Assembly (NCBI GenBank): GCA_036769505.1
Contig: DAIPKY010000002.1
Span: 22,235-86,234, forward strand
Reading direction: 5' to 3'
DNA: 64,000 nt
DNA from: Nitrososphaeraceae archaeon
GTDB lineage: Archaea > Thermoproteota > Nitrososphaeria > Nitrososphaerales > Nitrososphaeraceae
The stretch's first letter is position 1; every line of letters starts with the position of its first letter. The translations under genes and the position numbers were made by a program. The notes under the pieces were generated by a model. That model was not told the DNA's origin and did not search any database. It saw nothing but the letters and a program-made list of their open reading frames with translations. Below are positions 61,861 to 64,000 of this stretch, piece by piece.

Positions 61861-62691
61861 TTATTTCTTTATATAAAGCTTTTCGTAAAGCCCTTCTAAC
61901 GAATGATCTTGTGATTCCGAAAATGGGATACTATATTTGTTAAGCTCTTTGCTAGTGAGAGGCCCAATTGATAATATCATTTTTATTTTGCAAACTAATG
62001 GGAAGAGTTCGGAAGAGTGTTGCTGTAGTATTTTGATAAAATGATTAACATTGGATGGACTAGTAAAAATTAAAGAATCAATTTTATTTTTTCTAAGAAG
62101 ATCGAAGAATTCGATCCAGACAGAATCAACATCTGCAGAGATTACATTATAAATGTAGAATTCATCAACTACAAAACCTAACTTTATAAGTTTCTCTTTT
62201 AGATATTTATCTGCTTTCTTACTACGCAGGAGAATTATCTTAGATCCATATGCGTTATTTTTCAAATGGGAAAAGAATTCTATAATTCCTAGAGAAGAGT
62301 GGTCTTGAGGGATCTCTTTTACGACTATTCTATGTTTTTTTAGAGCAGTTTGAGTAGATGGACCAATAGCAACTACATTAAATTTTGAATTTAAATCATA
62401 GACTATTTCATTAACTATATTTAAAGTAGTAGCAGTTTCAAAGAATACATTAACTGCATTAGAGCTTAAAAAAATAATATATCCAGAAGACCAATTTGCA
62501 ATAAGGTTAAAAATTTTGCTAAGAATTTTGGAATCAGATTTTACTATTTTTGAAGTTTTTACAACAATTAGTTTAGAGCTATGTTTCTCAATTTTATCAA
62601 TGAAATTCTTTGAGATAGAACCTTCTGATTTTGTTATTGCAATAATCTTTAGATCATCTTCATCTACTACCCTGTAATCACTCATATCCAT
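61861..62691 (-). CDS. hemD: uroporphyrinogen-III synthase
   Basis: FLSSNAV, AIGPST, FTSPSNV, SIGPLT. Confidence 0.85.
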   Translation of the reverse strand: MDMSDYRVVDEDDLKIIAITKSEGSISKNFIDKIEKHSSKLIVVKTSKIVKSDSKILSKIFNLIANWSSGYIIFLSSNAVNVFFETATTLNIVNEIVYDLNSKFNVVAIGPSTQTALKKHRIVVKEIPQDHSSLGIIEFFSHLKNNAYGSKIILLRSKKADKYLKEKLIKLGFVVDEFYIYNVISADVDSVWIEFFDLLRKNKIDSLIFTSPSNVNHFIKILQQHSSELFPLVCKIKMILSIGPLTSKELNKYSIPFSESQDHSLEGLYEKLYIKK

Positions 62692-63443
62692 CTTATTCGC
62701 TCCGATAATGAAACAACTTCGCCTATGATAATCACTGCAGGAGGTTTTATCGAAGCATTGTTCAATTTTTTATGTATATTCTTGAAATCACCAATGATAA
62801 TTTTTTGATCTTGTAGCGTTCCCTTTTCAATTACCGCAATTTTAGTTTCATCCGAAAGACCATGCTTTTTTAACTTTTGTAGAATAGATTCTAACTTTTC
62901 AACGCCCATAAGAATCACTATCGTATCAACAGCCGTTGCTATTTTATCCCATCTAACACTCTTTTCTTCTTTCGTTGGATCCTCATGACCAGTAACTATT
63001 GCAACTGATGATGAAAATTTTCTATGTGTAAGTGGGATACCTGAATAAATCGCTGCACCAATTGCAGAAGATATTCCAGGTATAATTTCAAAATCAATAG
63101 CATTTTCATATAAAAATTCTGCTTCTTCACCTCCTCGCCCAAAAATAAAGGGATCTCCTCCTTTGAGTCTTAAAACTTGTTTTCCTGTTAATGCATGTTG
63201 TAACATAATTTGATTAGTTTTGAATTGATTAATGGTTGGATCACCCGCCGAACGGCCTACATATACTTTCGGGGTAGTCTCAGGAATTAATTTAAGAATG
63301 CCACCACTAACTAAGCGATCATATAGAATTATATCAGAATTTTTTATCAAATCCCAGCATTTTACAGTAATTAGTGATGGGTCCCCTGGTCCTGCTCCAC
63401 AAATGTATACTTTACCATTTTTTTTATTTTTTATTCCATTCAT
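62682..63443 (-). CDS. cobA: uroporphyrinogen-III C-methyltransferase
   Basis: GAGPGDP, YDRLV, RLKGGDPFIFGRGGEE, PGISS, TGHE. Confidence 0.95.
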   Translation of the reverse strand: MNGIKNKKNGKVYICGAGPGDPSLITVKCWDLIKNSDIILYDRLVSGGILKLIPETTPKVYVGRSAGDPTINQFKTNQIMLQHALTGKQVLRLKGGDPFIFGRGGEEAEFLYENAIDFEIIPGISSAIGAAIYSGIPLTHRKFSSSVAIVTGHEDPTKEEKSVRWDKIATAVDTIVILMGVEKLESILQKLKKHGLSDETKIAVIEKGTLQDQKIIIGDFKNIHKKLNNASIKPPAVIIIGEVVSLSERIRWI

Positions 63444-64000
63444 TTAGAGATTTATCCCAACCTTCAGATAACCTTAAAGCTCCATTCTCTATTAGAGAAC
63501 TTGCAACAAGATTACCCACCAGTTCTGGTTTATCATAATCACCAATTTTTTTTATTGAAATATGTTCCAAACCATCATAAGAAAATATTTTAGCATAAAA
63601 ATTAATTTTGTGATTTTTAAAAGACAAATTTGAGTATGCTCCTATTGGAAATCTACAACCACCTTCAATTTTTGAGATAAAAGATCTTTCTGCGTTAATT
63701 GAGATCCTGGACGGAGCATGCTCAATCTTATGAAGAAATTTGACTAGTTTTCTATCAGTTTTTTTACAAACTAATGCAAGGGCACCTTGTCCCGCTGCTG
63801 GTAAAAATTTTTTAGGATCAAATCTTTCACTGATATATTCTTCTTTTCCCAATCTTTTCAATCCTGCCTCAGCTAAAATAATTGCATCATATTCTCCTTT
63901 TAAGGCTTTTTCAATTCTACTATCAATATTTCCTCTTAATGGTATGACTTTGAAATCCTTTCTCAAAGAAATAATTTGTATTGCTCTTCGTAAGCTACTT
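63424..64000 (-). CDS. hemC: hydroxymethylbilane synthase, 5' part outside window
   Basis: SSLRR at window edge, LRGNID.R, ILAEAGL, PAAGQGAL, EGGCRFP. Confidence 0.93.
   Translation of the reverse strand, partial: SSLRRAIQIISLRKDFKVIPLRGNIDSRIEKALKGEYDAIILAEAGLKRLGKEEYISERFDPKKFLPAAGQGALALVCKKTDRKLVKFLHKIEHAPSRISINAERSFISKIEGGCRFPIGAYSNLSFKNHKINFYAKIFSYDGLEHISIKKIGDYDKPELVGNLVASSLIENGALRLSEGWDKSLNEWNKK

Noticed and set aside
1164..63447. Numerous short antisense ORFs in the track (e.g. 1164, 7724, 10325, 15794, 30191, 40650, 63232)
   Set aside because: They lie opposite well-supported genes and show no recognisable motifs
1..64000. CRISPR array, IS elements, provirus
   Set aside because: No regularly spaced repeats, transposase, integrase or capsid-like genes seen

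Overview
AT-rich (roughly 30% GC by eye, not computed) archaeal chromosomal segment, almost certainly from an ammonia-oxidising Nitrososphaerota (Thaumarchaeota), probably family Nitrososphaeraceae. Support: eukaryote-like type IB topoisomerase, archaeal PurP, type II GAPDH, archaeal ribosomal/translation genes, cofGH, a membrane cupredoxin and many small lineage-type proteins. It is mostly core genome: methionine salvage (mtnA, apt, mtnP), surface sugar genes (WecC/WecB-like, uppS, GalT), trpGD, srp54, tetrapyrrole genes (hemB, hemC, cobA, hemD), a split Suf system, aaRS genes and four tRNAs (Tyr with two introns, Met, Glu, Gly). No CRISPR array, integrase or transposase is visible. The best leads are: a HEAT-repeat protein resembling one half of eukaryotic deoxyhypusine hydroxylase (two His-Glu motifs); a coupled wHTH/coiled-coil + AAA+ ATPase gene pair of unknown function; C instead of U at position 54 of two tRNAs together with a degenerate-looking Pus10; a bacterial-type PGK; a decayed alcohol dehydrogenase islet at the tRNA-Tyr 3' end; and several small ORFs missed by the ORF track. 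All functional calls come from motif recognition by eye; no searches were run.
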